From Thermoanaerobaculia bacterium (GTDB lineage Bacteria; Acidobacteriota; Thermoanaerobaculia; UBA5066), in assembly GCA_041482235.1 (NCBI GenBank), contig JBGPDK010000001.1:759-64758 (forward strand): a stretch of 64,000 bases of DNA, given 5' to 3'. Within the stretch, counting starts at the first letter, position 1. Every line of letters begins with the position of its first letter. The notes under the pieces were generated by a model that saw only the letters and a program-made list of their open reading frames with translations, made no database searches and was not told where the DNA came from. Of the stretch, positions 51,148-60,029 are shown one piece after another. The position numbers were made by a program, and so were the translations under genes.

Positions 51148-51699
51148 TCAGTGGTCGCGGTGATTACCGGCCGAGGCCGCGGCGGCCATGGGGACGATGG
51201 AACGCCGCTTGAGAATCGCGCGGTCGAGGGCCTTCTCGACCTCCGTGGCGACCTCGCCCTCGGGCAGCCCGTTGATCTGCGCGATCTCGGAGACGATGAG
51301 ATAGCGGGCGCGCTCGTACATCTTCTTCTCGCGGAAGGAGAGCGCCTTCTGCTTCTGCACCCACGTCAGGTTCTTGAGGACGTCGGCGATGTCCGTGAGG
51401 CGGCCCGAGCGCATCTTGTCGAGATTCTGCTTGTACCGGCCCTTCCAGTCGCCGGTCGGCGGGAGCGTCGCGTTCTCGAGAACGCGGAACACCGAGCCCA
51501 CGTCCTTGCGCCGCGTGAGCGGGCGCAGGCCGATGCGGTCGGAGTTTCCCACCGGCACCATCACGCGCGAGTTGTTTCCGAGAAGGCGGAGCTGGTAGCA
51601 GGGAGCGGGCGAGCCTTCGAGGAGGGATTCCTGGATCGTCTCCACGACGCCGACGCCGTGGTTCGGGTAGACGAGCCTGTCGCCGATCTTGAAAGCCAC
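51148..51699 (-). CDS. carD: CarD/CdnL family transcriptional regulator
   Basis: MAFKIGDRLVYPNHGVGVVETI N-terminal RNAP-interacting domain. Confidence 0.85.
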   Translation of the reverse strand: MAFKIGDRLVYPNHGVGVVETIQESLLEGSPAPCYQLRLLGNNSRVMVPVGNSDRIGLRPLTRRKDVGSVFRVLENATLPPTGDWKGRYKQNLDKMRSGRLTDIADVLKNLTWVQKQKALSFREKKMYERARYLIVSEIAQINGLPEGEVATEVEKALDRAILKRRSIVPMAAAASAGNHRDH

Positions 51700-51858
51700 G
51701 GAATCTCCTCCTTCGGAAAAGGGGAATACTGAGTCTACTCCCGCGCTCTTCAGCCGTCAATGGAGTCGATGGCGAATCTGACGCTGGCCGAGAAACGCCG
51801 AGGCCCAAGCGCGCGGAAGCCGGAACGGGCGTAGACTTCCCGACCCAAGGAGAAAACC

Positions 51859-52224
51859 ATGAAGAAGATTTTCGCCGCCTCTTTCGTCTTCGCCCTCGTC
51901 GCCCTCGTCGCCGCCCCGGTCATGGCGGAACAGACCTGGAAAGACGTCTCAGTCGTCGACCAGATGTGCTCCGGCAAGGACAAGGTCATGAATGCCCCGG
52001 AAAAGCACACGAAGGAATGCATGATGAAGTGCGAGAAGTCGGGGTACGGCGTTTACATGGGCGAGGGGAAGGACAAGAAGTTCGTCAAGTTCGACGCCGA
52101 GGGTAACAAGCTGACGACCGCGGCCCTCAAGGCCTCGAAGAAGACCGAGGGCCTGAAGGCCACCGTCGTCGGTGAGATGAGCGACGGCGTCATCAAGGTC
52201 AAGTCGATCGCGTTCGCGGAGTAG
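51859..52224 (+). CDS. small secreted Lys-rich protein with 3 Cys (function unknown)
   Basis: SD aaggaga before the ATG. Signal peptide MKKIFAASFVFALVALVAAPVMA. Followed by a GC hairpin. Confidence 0.65.
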   Translation: MKKIFAASFVFALVALVAAPVMAEQTWKDVSVVDQMCSGKDKVMNAPEKHTKECMMKCEKSGYGVYMGEGKDKKFVKFDAEGNKLTTAALKASKKTEGLKATVVGEMSDGVIKVKSIAFAE

Positions 52225-52235
52225 CCCGTCAAACG

Positions 52236-52264
52236 CTTCCCCGGAAGGCAACGTGCCGGGGAAG
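52236..52264. terminator. GC-rich hairpin (9-bp perfect stem cttccccgg/ccggggaag) between convergent small gene and tRNA
   Basis: The stem and loop are seen in the sequence. There is no T-tract, so it is either a bidirectional or factor-dependent terminator, or just structural. Confidence 0.35.
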
Positions 52265-52275
52265 CGGCATGACCG

Positions 52276-52362
52276 TGGTGCCGGAGGAGGGAGTCGAACC
52301 CTCACGGCCTTGTGGACCGGGGGATTTTGAGTCCCCTGCGTCTGCCATTCCGCCACTCCGGC
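52276..52362 (-). tRNA. tRNA-Leu (anticodon CAA), type II with long variable arm, CCA encoded
   Basis: Acceptor stem GCCGGAG/CTCCGGC, D-arm GCG-gaatggcaga-CGC, anticodon stem-loop GGGGA-CTCAAAA-TCCCC, long variable arm, TPsiC GGTTCGACTCC, 3' ACCA. Confidence 0.85.
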
Positions 52363-52376
52363 GCGCCGGGAACAGT

Positions 52377-52850
52377 TTACTGCCAGTCGAGCCTCAGGTT
52401 GCGGTGAAGGTGCGCGGCGGCGCACCCGGCGATCGAGCCGAGGACGTTCCAGAACACGTCGTTTACATCGGCCGCCCGGGTCGGCAGGAAGAGCTGGACC
52501 GTCTCGATGCTCACGCTGAAGAGCGTGCCCGCGAGGAGGACGTCCGCGTGGTTCCCCGCCGCGGAACGGCCGGGACCATCGAGGAACTTCCACAGCAGGA
52601 ACGCCCACACCGCGAACATCATGAGGTTTCCGACGATTCCGATGACCGCGTAGAGGATGGCGTTTGACAGGTAGCCGTCGCGCCCCGCGCGAAAGACGAG
52701 GCGCTGGATGTCTTCGAACGGCGCCAGATTCGTGCGCACGTGGCTCCCCCCCTGGACGAAGAGCGTTACGGCGAGGAGGACGCACGAGTACGAGACGAGG
52801 AGCGTTCCCTGCAACCCCTTGCCGACGCGGATCGTGCGCACGGAAGCCAT
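52377..52850 (-). CDS. VanZ-like family membrane protein
   Basis: Four TM helices, NAILYAVIGIVGNLMMF...VNDVFWNVLGSIAG. Confidence 0.7.
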   Translation of the reverse strand: MASVRTIRVGKGLQGTLLVSYSCVLLAVTLFVQGGSHVRTNLAPFEDIQRLVFRAGRDGYLSNAILYAVIGIVGNLMMFAVWAFLLWKFLDGPGRSAAGNHADVLLAGTLFSVSIETVQLFLPTRAADVNDVFWNVLGSIAGCAAAHLHRNLRLDWQ

Positions 52851-52910
52851 TCGGCGCAGATTAACCCGAACGGCGTTGACGGGGGCCCGCCGCCTCCCGA
52901 CAATGCCTCC

Positions 52911-54221
52911 GTGGCGACGCCTTCACCGTCTCTGCCCGCGCGCACCACGGCGGTGCCCGCGCACGAAGGCTTCTTCGTCTCGGAGTTCCTCGGCCAGACG
53001 GTGCGCGACGTGGCGCGCCAACCCGTCGGAAAGATCTCGGACTTCGCCGTCGCCACGAGCGCGCGCACCCCCTTCCCGCGGGTCACGGGCCTCCTCATCC
53101 GCAACCGGTTCGAGACCTTCGTCCTGCCCTGGGAGGACGTCGCCATCTTCCAGCGCGCCGCCGTTCGCACCCGGCTGCCGCGGGAAGACCTCCTGCATCG
53201 CCCCGCGCGGGACGACGAGATCTTCCTCGCGCGGCATCTTCTCGACAAGCAGATCGTCGACATCAACGGCGTGAAGGTCGTGCGCGTGAACGACCTCAAG
53301 CTGGACCTTCTCTCCGGCGACCTCGTGCTCACCGCCGCCGACGTGGGCGTGCGCGGGCTCATCAGGCGCGTCTTCGGCGCGAGCATGACGCCCCGCGGTG
53401 GAAGGCTCTCCGACGCGTCGCTTCCGGCGCGCCTCATCCCCTGGGACTCGATGCAGCCCCTGCACTCGCGCCTCGAGCGCCTCGAGACCACCCTCCCGCA
53501 GGAGAAGCTCCACAGGCTCCACCCCGCCGACATAGCGGACATCCTGAGCCAGATCTCGGGCACCGAGCGCTCCGGCATCTTCCGGAGGCTGGACGTCGAG
53601 ACGGCCGCCGAGACGCTCCACGAGCTGGAGCCCGAGATCCAGGCCGAGATCATCGAAGACCTGCCGGAGCGGCGCGCCTCGGAGATTCTCGAGCAGATGC
53701 CCGCGGACGAGGCGGCGGACGTCCTCGGCGAGATCGAGGGCGAGCATGCCCGCGACCTCGTCCAGCTCATGGAGAAGGGGGCCGCCGAAGACGTCACCGA
53801 GCTGCTCGTCCACGACGAGAACACGGCCGGCGGCCTCATGGGAACCGACTTCGTCACGTTCCCGCCGACCCTCACCGTGCGCGAGACGATTCAGCGCCTC
53901 AGGCCCGTGGCCCGGGACGCCGAGGCCCTCTTCTACTTTTACGTCGTCGACGAGCGGGACCGCATCCTCGGCGCACTCTCCGTGCGCGACCTCCTGGCCG
54001 CCGACGACGACACGCTCCTCGAGCGCGCCATGGCGACGCCGGTGCGAAGCGTCACGCCCGACGTCTCCACCGACGTGGTCGCCGAGACGATGTCCAAATA
54101 CGACCTCCTCGCCCTGCCCGTGACGGACCCCGAAGGCGTCCTCGTCGGCATCATCACGATCGACGACGTCGTCGACCGCCTCCAGCCGCAGGCGCGACGC
54201 AACCGCCGGAGGTTGCGCTGA
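52911..54221 (+). CDS. cytosolic MgtE-N + CBS-pair domain protein (PRC-barrel-like N-terminus; no TM domain)
   Basis: MgtE_N-like LHPADIADILSQISGTERSGIFRRLDVETAAETLHELEPEIQAEIIEDLPERRASEILEQMPADEAADVL, then a CBS pair (LMGTDFVTFPPTLTV...LGALSVRDLL...LLALPVTDPEGVLVGIITIDDVV). The start is uncertain: GTG 52911 or 52953. The listed ORF start overlaps VanZ. Confidence 0.7.
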   Translation: MATPSPSLPARTTAVPAHEGFFVSEFLGQTVRDVARQPVGKISDFAVATSARTPFPRVTGLLIRNRFETFVLPWEDVAIFQRAAVRTRLPREDLLHRPARDDEIFLARHLLDKQIVDINGVKVVRVNDLKLDLLSGDLVLTAADVGVRGLIRRVFGASMTPRGGRLSDASLPARLIPWDSMQPLHSRLERLETTLPQEKLHRLHPADIADILSQISGTERSGIFRRLDVETAAETLHELEPEIQAEIIEDLPERRASEILEQMPADEAADVLGEIEGEHARDLVQLMEKGAAEDVTELLVHDENTAGGLMGTDFVTFPPTLTVRETIQRLRPVARDAEALFYFYVVDERDRILGALSVRDLLAADDDTLLERAMATPVRSVTPDVSTDVVAETMSKYDLLALPVTDPEGVLVGIITIDDVVDRLQPQARRNRRRLR

Positions 54222-55507
54222 TCGCTCCGGCCGCCACAGCCGCCTCTTCGCGCCCCGAAGCCCGCGACTGGAAGCGCCGGGCCATGCTCTTTTTCGCGGT
54301 TCTCGGGCCCGGAATCATCACGGCGAACGTCGACAACGATGCGGGCGGGATCGCGACGTACTCCATCGCGGGCGCGCACTTCGGCTACTCGCTGCTGTGG
54401 ACGCTCTTGCCGATCACGCTCGCCCTCATCGTGGTGCAGGAGATGTCGGCGCGCCTCGGAGCCGTCACGGGGAAAGGTCTCGGCGAGCTCATCCGGGAAA
54501 ACTACGGCCTGAGGTACACGTTCTACCTTCTCGTCGCCCTTCTGGTGACCGACATCGGGAACACCGTGGCCGAGTTCGCGGGCTGGGCGGCGGCCATGGA
54601 GATCTTCGGGATCCCGCGCTGGGTCTCCGTGCCGATCGGCGCCTTCGTCGTGTGGTGGATCGTCGTGAAAGGGAATTACAAGACCGTCGAGAAGATCTTC
54701 CTGATCGCCTGCTCGATCTACCTCACTTACGTCGTGTCGGCGCTCTTCGCGAAACCCGTCTGGAAGGACGTCCTCAAGCAGACGTTCGAGCCCAGGATCG
54801 AATCGAGCGCCGCGTGGATCCTGATGATCATCGGCCTCGTCGGCACGACGATCGCGCCGTGGATGCAGTTTTATCTCCAGGCGTCGATCGTGGAGAAGCG
54901 TATCGGCCCGGAGGAGTACAAGTTCTCGCGCTGGGACGTCATCGTGGGATGCCTGTTCGCGGCCGTCGTCGCCTTCTTCATCGTCGTCGCCTGCGGAGCG
55001 ACCCTTTTCCCGAAGGGGATTCGCATCGAAGGCGCCGAGCAGGCCGCGATCGCTCTGGAGCCGCTCGCGGGAACATGGGCGAAGACGTTGTTCGCCTTCG
55101 GGCTCGCGAACGCGTCGCTTTTCGCGGCCTCCATCCTCCCGCTCGCCACGGCCTATTCGATCTGTGAAGGGCTGGGCTTCGAGGCGGGCGTGAGCAAGAC
55201 GTGGAGCGAAGCCCCGCAGTTCAACGTCCTCTACACCTCGATGATCGTCATCGGCGCCGGGATCATCCTGATTCCCGGCGTGCCGCTCTTCCCCGTGCTC
55301 TTCCTTTCGCAGGTCATGAACGGGCTCCTGCTTCCATTCGTCCTCGTCTTCATGTGCCTCCTCATCAACCGCGAGGACCTCATGGGTCCCTACGTGAACG
55401 GGCGCATCTGGAACTGGGTCGCCTGGGGGACCTGCCTCGTCATGATCGGACTGACGCTGGTCCTCGTCGTCACCTCGATCTGGCCGGGGCTGTTCCCTGC
55501 GAAGTAG
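54218..55507 (+). CDS. mntH: NRAMP-family divalent metal (Mn2+/Fe2+) transporter, MntH-like; probable CTG start overlapping the upstream stop (CTGA)
   Basis: VLGPGIITANVDNDAGGIATYSIAGAHFGYSLLW Nramp signature with about 11 TM helices. The listed ATG 54284 leaves only 5 aa before the motif. CTG 54218 adds MIAPAATAASSRPEARDWKRRA, similar in length and charge to E. coli MntH's N-terminus. Confidence 0.8.
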   Translation: MIAPAATAASSRPEARDWKRRAMLFFAVLGPGIITANVDNDAGGIATYSIAGAHFGYSLLWTLLPITLALIVVQEMSARLGAVTGKGLGELIRENYGLRYTFYLLVALLVTDIGNTVAEFAGWAAAMEIFGIPRWVSVPIGAFVVWWIVVKGNYKTVEKIFLIACSIYLTYVVSALFAKPVWKDVLKQTFEPRIESSAAWILMIIGLVGTTIAPWMQFYLQASIVEKRIGPEEYKFSRWDVIVGCLFAAVVAFFIVVACGATLFPKGIRIEGAEQAAIALEPLAGTWAKTLFAFGLANASLFAASILPLATAYSICEGLGFEAGVSKTWSEAPQFNVLYTSMIVIGAGIILIPGVPLFPVLFLSQVMNGLLLPFVLVFMCLLINREDLMGPYVNGRIWNWVAWGTCLVMIGLTLVLVVTSIWPGLFPAK

Positions 55508-55624
55508 GATTCGACGGAACGACGGTTGCTTACCTCACTCCGCACAGGACCGCCTGTGTCTCCCGCCGCGGACGTCGGCGAACGCGGACGGACCCGAAGC
55601 CTTGTGTTCCAAGGAGGTTGGATC

Positions 55625-56296
55625 ATGCGATTCCGTTTCGTCGCTCTCGCTGCGTGTCTCGCGCTTGCCACACTCGCTGGCCGGGCCGCCGCACAGGACC
55701 GCACAGGCACCTGGGAGATCTCGCCTTTTGCAGGCGGGTATTTCGGCGGACGGCTCTACGGCGACTACTCGGTTCCGTTCACGACCGGGACCGTGGCGGT
55801 CCGTTTCCTCGAGCCCGAGGACGATCTCGCGTACGGCGCCCGCCTCGCCTACAACGTCACCCGCCATTTCGGCTTCGAAGTCGACTGGACCTCCTCGCGT
55901 GCCGACCTCCGCTCGCCCAACATCTTCGGCACCTCTCCCCGCCGACTCCAGGTCGGTCGCCTGCGCCAGAACGTCTACGAGGCGAACGCGCTCTTCAACT
56001 TCGGGCGACGGCGCGCCATCGGCTATATCGGCATCGGCGCCGGGAGCGCCGTCCTGAAACGGGAGGTCGCGGGCATCGACCCTTCCTCGACGGGGCGTTT
56101 CACGGCGAATCTTTCGGCCGGGGGCAAGTTCTTCTTCGTCCCCCGCTTCGGATTTCGCATCGACGGCCGAATCCGAGCGATCGATCTGCGGTCGGACCGC
56201 GACGGGTCGTCCTGCGACCGCAACAGCTTCTGCCGCGACCGGCGCAACTGGTCGTACAACGGAGAGGCTACCGGAGGGCTCGTTTTCGCCTTTTGA
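55625..56296 (+). CDS. outer-membrane beta-barrel protein (OmpA-like/porin-family barrel)
   Basis: SD aaggagg. Signal peptide MRFRFVALAACLALATLAGRAAAQ. Alternating amphipathic strands and a C-terminal F. Confidence 0.75.
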   Translation: MRFRFVALAACLALATLAGRAAAQDRTGTWEISPFAGGYFGGRLYGDYSVPFTTGTVAVRFLEPEDDLAYGARLAYNVTRHFGFEVDWTSSRADLRSPNIFGTSPRRLQVGRLRQNVYEANALFNFGRRRAIGYIGIGAGSAVLKREVAGIDPSSTGRFTANLSAGGKFFFVPRFGFRIDGRIRAIDLRSDRDGSSCDRNSFCRDRRNWSYNGEATGGLVFAF

Positions 56297-56425
56297 AGCC
56301 TTCTCCTTTTGCCTCCTCCTTGGACCTCCTGACGGGGGTTTCCGTGGCCGCGAAAGAGACTTGAGACAGTCCTCGGGACTGAGATACAGTCTCATCGCGA
56401 AACCGGAAAAACCCAAGGAGGCACC

Positions 56426-57391
56426 ATGAAGAAGCGGCTCGTCATGCTCTCCATCGTCACGGCCTGCGCCGTGACCGTCGCGCCCGTCGCGCGGGCCGAA
56501 GATGAAAACAAGAGCGAAACCAGCGTCGGCGAACTCGCCGGGCCTGCGGCTGAGGTCGCGGACGACGCTCCCGCGCACATCCATCTCACGCGGGACGCGG
56601 CGGAGGCGGCAGCCACGGCCGCGCGGACGGCGCTCGCGCGGCGGAACGTGAACATGACGTACCACGGCGGCAGGATCATGACCTCGGCCACCGTGAAGAG
56701 CATCTTCTGGGGCCCGAAGTGGGCGGGCGCGACTTTCACGGGAGACAAGGTCACCGGTATCGACTCGTTTTACTCGGGCTTCAATCAGAGCCACTACGCC
56801 CTGACCAACACCGAATACACCGACACGATCGGGACGGGCCATCGGGTCGGAACGACGGTGCTGAGCCTCACGCACCAGGTCGACACGACGACCGCCTCCG
56901 GCGGGAACTCGACCGCCGCGATCCTCGCGGAAGCCTGCAAGTGGTTCACGGGACCGAACGACGGGAGCGCCTACTATGCGGTCTATACGGACCGCCCGCG
57001 GGGGACCGCCGGCTACTGCGCCTATCACAGCGCCGGAACGTGCGGCGGGGTTCCGGTGCAGTTCGCGTTCTTCTGGAGCCTCGACGGGGATCCCGGCTGC
57101 GACCCCGGCAGCACCGTCCCGGGCCACTCCCAGGGCCTCGCCGCGCTCGCGAACGTCAGCGCCCACGAGCTCTCGGAGGCCATGACCGACCCCGCCAGCC
57201 CGGGCGCATGGTTCGACCGGCAGGGCGCCGAAAACGGCGACAAGTGCGCGTGGGCGTTCAACGTGCCCTCCGTGACGTTCAGCAACGGCGTCGCCTGGAA
57301 GCTGCAGGGCGAATGGTCGAACGCCGCCTTCACCGCAGGAACCGGATACCCGAACCTGTCCGGCCAGCGGGGCTGCCTCGACGGCCACTAG
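56426..57391 (+). CDS. secreted PHI-1/EXORDIUM-like family protein (PF04674-like)
   Basis: SD aaggagg. Signal peptide. NMTYHGGRIMTSATVKSIFWGPKW and DKCAWAFN match the conserved MTYHGG...IWYGKW...QCAWPF blocks of the phosphate-induced protein 1 family. Confidence 0.65.
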   Translation: MKKRLVMLSIVTACAVTVAPVARAEDENKSETSVGELAGPAAEVADDAPAHIHLTRDAAEAAATAARTALARRNVNMTYHGGRIMTSATVKSIFWGPKWAGATFTGDKVTGIDSFYSGFNQSHYALTNTEYTDTIGTGHRVGTTVLSLTHQVDTTTASGGNSTAAILAEACKWFTGPNDGSAYYAVYTDRPRGTAGYCAYHSAGTCGGVPVQFAFFWSLDGDPGCDPGSTVPGHSQGLAALANVSAHELSEAMTDPASPGAWFDRQGAENGDKCAWAFNVPSVTFSNGVAWKLQGEWSNAAFTAGTGYPNLSGQRGCLDGH

Positions 57392-57831
57392 ATGAGAGGT
57401 TTCTGAGCCTGACCGGGCCCGGTCATCTCGACCGTGCGCGACCCGTCGGTCTCGATGCGAAGCGCGACGCGCCAGGCCCGCCGTTCCGTGAGCGGCGGGC
57501 GCGGCCATTCGACGGCCAATGTCGCGCTCCCGGTGTCGTCGAGGCCGAGGTCGAGAAGAGGGCCGCTCCCGTCGGCCAGGCGGTAGAGATCCACGTGCAC
57601 GAGGACGGGCGGCTTCCCGGCCGGCCCGTACTCGTGCACGAGCGTGAAGCTGGGCGACGACACGTCCTCCGGGTCGAGCCCGAGCCCGGCGGCGAGGCCT
57701 TTCACGAAGGCAGTCTTGCCGGCTCCGAGCTCCCCTTCGAGGAGCACGACGTCGCCGGGAGAAAGACGCCGTGCGAGGCTCGCCCCGAGGCTCCGCGTGT
57801 CTTCCTCGCTCGCCGTGACGTGCGACGTCAC
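57388..57831 (-). CDS. tsaE: tRNA t6A biosynthesis ATPase TsaE
   Basis: LLEGELGAGKTAFVKG and SPSFTLVHEY. Confidence 0.9.
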   Translation of the reverse strand: MTSHVTASEEDTRSLGASLARRLSPGDVVLLEGELGAGKTAFVKGLAAGLGLDPEDVSSPSFTLVHEYGPAGKPPVLVHVDLYRLADGSGPLLDLGLDDTGSATLAVEWPRPPLTERRAWRVALRIETDGSRTVEMTGPGQAQKPLI

Positions 57832-59336
57832 CCGTCGGCGCTCTCGCGCGCTTCGAAGAAGGCCTCGGAGAGCGCTTCCACGACGTCGGAAGCCGAGAGC
57901 GACTCCTCCCCCCTGGCCTCCCGCACGAAGTCACCTGCCGTGCCGTGGAGCCACGCGGCCGCGCAGGCCGCGTCGAAGGCGTCGAGACCCCGCGCCAGGC
58001 ACGCCCCGACCACACCGGTGAGGACGTCTCCGGTGCCCCCCGAAGCCAGCGCTGGGTTGCCCGCGAGCACGGGAACGACCCGGCCGGAGGGATCGGCGAC
58101 GAGCGGCCGGAACCCCTTGAGGATCACCACGGCCTTCGCGCGCGCGGCGATCTCGCGCGCGGCGGCCTCCCGATCCGCGTTCACGCGCGCCGCGTCGCTG
58201 CCGAGAAGGCGTCCGGCCTCTCCGGCATGCGGCGTGAGCACGGTGGGCGCGATCCGCGCCGCGAAGAACGCGGCGTCGCCCGCGAGGTTGAGCGCGTCGG
58301 CATCGAAAACCGCCGGGAGCCGAGCCCCGGCCGTGCGCTGAAGAAGAGCGCGCGAGGACGTGGACGCGCCGAGCCCCGGGCCGACGGCGAGCGCGTCGAA
58401 GCGCGCGAGGTCGACGTCGTCGCCCGCCGTCGTGGTCTCCGGGCTGAGCGCGTGCACGATGGCGCGAACGGAATCCGGCGCGAAAACGCTCACGAGGCCG
58501 GCCCCCGACCGGTGCGCGCCCCGCGCCGCGAGGGCCGGCGCGCCGGCCATCCCCTGGGAGCCTCCCACCACGAGGAGACGGCCGAACGTGCCTTTGTGCG
58601 CCGCCGATTCGCGCGGCGGGAAGAGCGTCGCGACGTCCCATGCCCCGACGGCGTCGCCCGCGGCGCCGCTCTCCTCCTCGAGGGGCAGGAAGCCGATGCC
58701 GGCGACGGCAATCCGGCCGCACAGGGCCGCGGCCGGCAGTCGAACATGACAGGGCTTCGGGTAACCGAAAGTGACCGTGAGGGCGGCGCGGACGGCGGGC
58801 GACCACGGGAGCGGCTCGTCGGCCGAGAGACCGGAGGGCACGTCGACCGCGACCACGAACGCCCGGCCTTCGGCGACGAGGCGCACGGCGCGCGCCGGAA
58901 GGCCGTCCGGCGAGATGGGACGCTTGAGGCCCGTGCCGAAAAGCGCGTCCACGACGAGCGTCGCCACCCTGAGCGGCTCCAGATCGGCTTCCTTCGTGAC
59001 CTCGCGGATCGCCCCTCCCGCCTGCTCGAGTCGTTGGTGAGTCCTTCGGGCGTCGGCGCTGAGATGTTCAGGCGCTCCGAAGAGCAGCGTCTCGACGGTT
59101 CCCGTGACGCGCGCCATCTGGAGAAGGCGCGCCACCTCGAAGCCGTCCCCTCCGTTGTTGCCCGGGCCCGCCAGAACGACGACGCGGGCGCCGCGGGACG
59201 GCCGGCGCCCGAGGACACCCGCGATCTCCCGGACGAGAGCCGCGGCGGCCCGCTTCATGAGGACCAGCCCGGGCGTCCCGGCCGCGATCGTCCGCGCGTC
59301 CAGCGCGCGGGCCGCCTCCGCCGTGAGGACCTTCAA
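57828..59336 (-). CDS. nnr: bifunctional NAD(P)H-hydrate repair enzyme Nnr (epimerase + ADP-dependent dehydratase)
   Basis: YjeF-N (VLAGPGNNGGDGF) plus the C-terminal carbohydrate-kinase-like domain (GGTGDVLTG). TTG start with TTGA overlap to the upstream DUF2064 stop. The upstream part of the listed ORF is shadow. Confidence 0.85.
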   Translation of the reverse strand: MKVLTAEAARALDARTIAAGTPGLVLMKRAAAALVREIAGVLGRRPSRGARVVVLAGPGNNGGDGFEVARLLQMARVTGTVETLLFGAPEHLSADARRTHQRLEQAGGAIREVTKEADLEPLRVATLVVDALFGTGLKRPISPDGLPARAVRLVAEGRAFVVAVDVPSGLSADEPLPWSPAVRAALTVTFGYPKPCHVRLPAAALCGRIAVAGIGFLPLEEESGAAGDAVGAWDVATLFPPRESAAHKGTFGRLLVVGGSQGMAGAPALAARGAHRSGAGLVSVFAPDSVRAIVHALSPETTTAGDDVDLARFDALAVGPGLGASTSSRALLQRTAGARLPAVFDADALNLAGDAAFFAARIAPTVLTPHAGEAGRLLGSDAARVNADREAAAREIAARAKAVVILKGFRPLVADPSGRVVPVLAGNPALASGGTGDVLTGVVGACLARGLDAFDAACAAAWLHGTAGDFVREARGEESLSASDVVEALSEAFFEARESADG

Positions 59337-60025
59337 CGGGCGCTCCGCCCGGGCCACCCGAGAAGCGCCTGGCGGGTCGCGGGCGCGATTTTCGGGTCCG
59401 CCGCGAAGAGAGCCTCCACCCTCTCCAGGTCGGCAATCTCGTCGACATCGGGTAGCGTCGACAGCATCCCCACGCGGTAGCCGTTCGCCTCGGCGGACGT
59501 CCTGCAGTCGAAAAGAGCGTGTTCCGAGGACCACCTCACGCCGGCCGGGAAAACCGCGGCCGGATCGACGCCTTTCCGCATTCCGACCAGCGAGAATCCG
59601 CCGTCGGGGGCCGGAGCGAACACGACGTCGGCATCTCCCGCGAGGGCTCGAAACGCCTCGGAGACGTCGGAGGCGGCGAGAGTGGGAGCGTCGCTCCCGG
59701 CCACGAGCACGTCGCGTCGACCTTCCGTCCGCGCGCGAGCGATCGCGCGTTGGAGCTTGTCGCCCAGCGAGCCCTCCCCCTGCGGCACGAGATCCCAGTG
59801 CGGAGAGAACAGGGCGAGAAGGGTGGGACCGGGCTCGGGCTCGGCGTACGCGAGCACCGCGTCCCATAGTCCGGGCGGCGCCAGGGAGACCGCGAGGTCC
59901 GACAGGAACGCCTCATACAGCGACGCCGCGGCGGCCGCGCCGACCTCCCGGGCGAGGCGCGTCTTCACGCGTCCCGGCACGGGCTCGCGGGCGAAGAGAA
60001 CGAGGCGCTTCTCGCAGACGTTCAC
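59333..60025 (-). CDS. DUF2064/TIGR04282-family protein (MobA-like nucleotidyltransferase fold)
   Basis: RLVLFAREPVPGRVKTRLA...DVLVAGSDAPTL...DGGFSLVGMRKG. Confidence 0.7.
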   Translation of the reverse strand: MNVCEKRLVLFAREPVPGRVKTRLAREVGAAAAASLYEAFLSDLAVSLAPPGLWDAVLAYAEPEPGPTLLALFSPHWDLVPQGEGSLGDKLQRAIARARTEGRRDVLVAGSDAPTLAASDVSEAFRALAGDADVVFAPAPDGGFSLVGMRKGVDPAAVFPAGVRWSSEHALFDCRTSAEANGYRVGMLSTLPDVDEIADLERVEALFAADPKIAPATRQALLGWPGRSAR

Positions 60026-60029
60026 GGCC

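Noticed and set aside
55535-58015. 826-aa minus-strand ORF across the OMP, PHI-1-like and tsaE region
   Set aside because: It is R/G/P-rich shadow. The real genes are on the plus strand (55625-57391) and tsaE on the minus strand in another frame.
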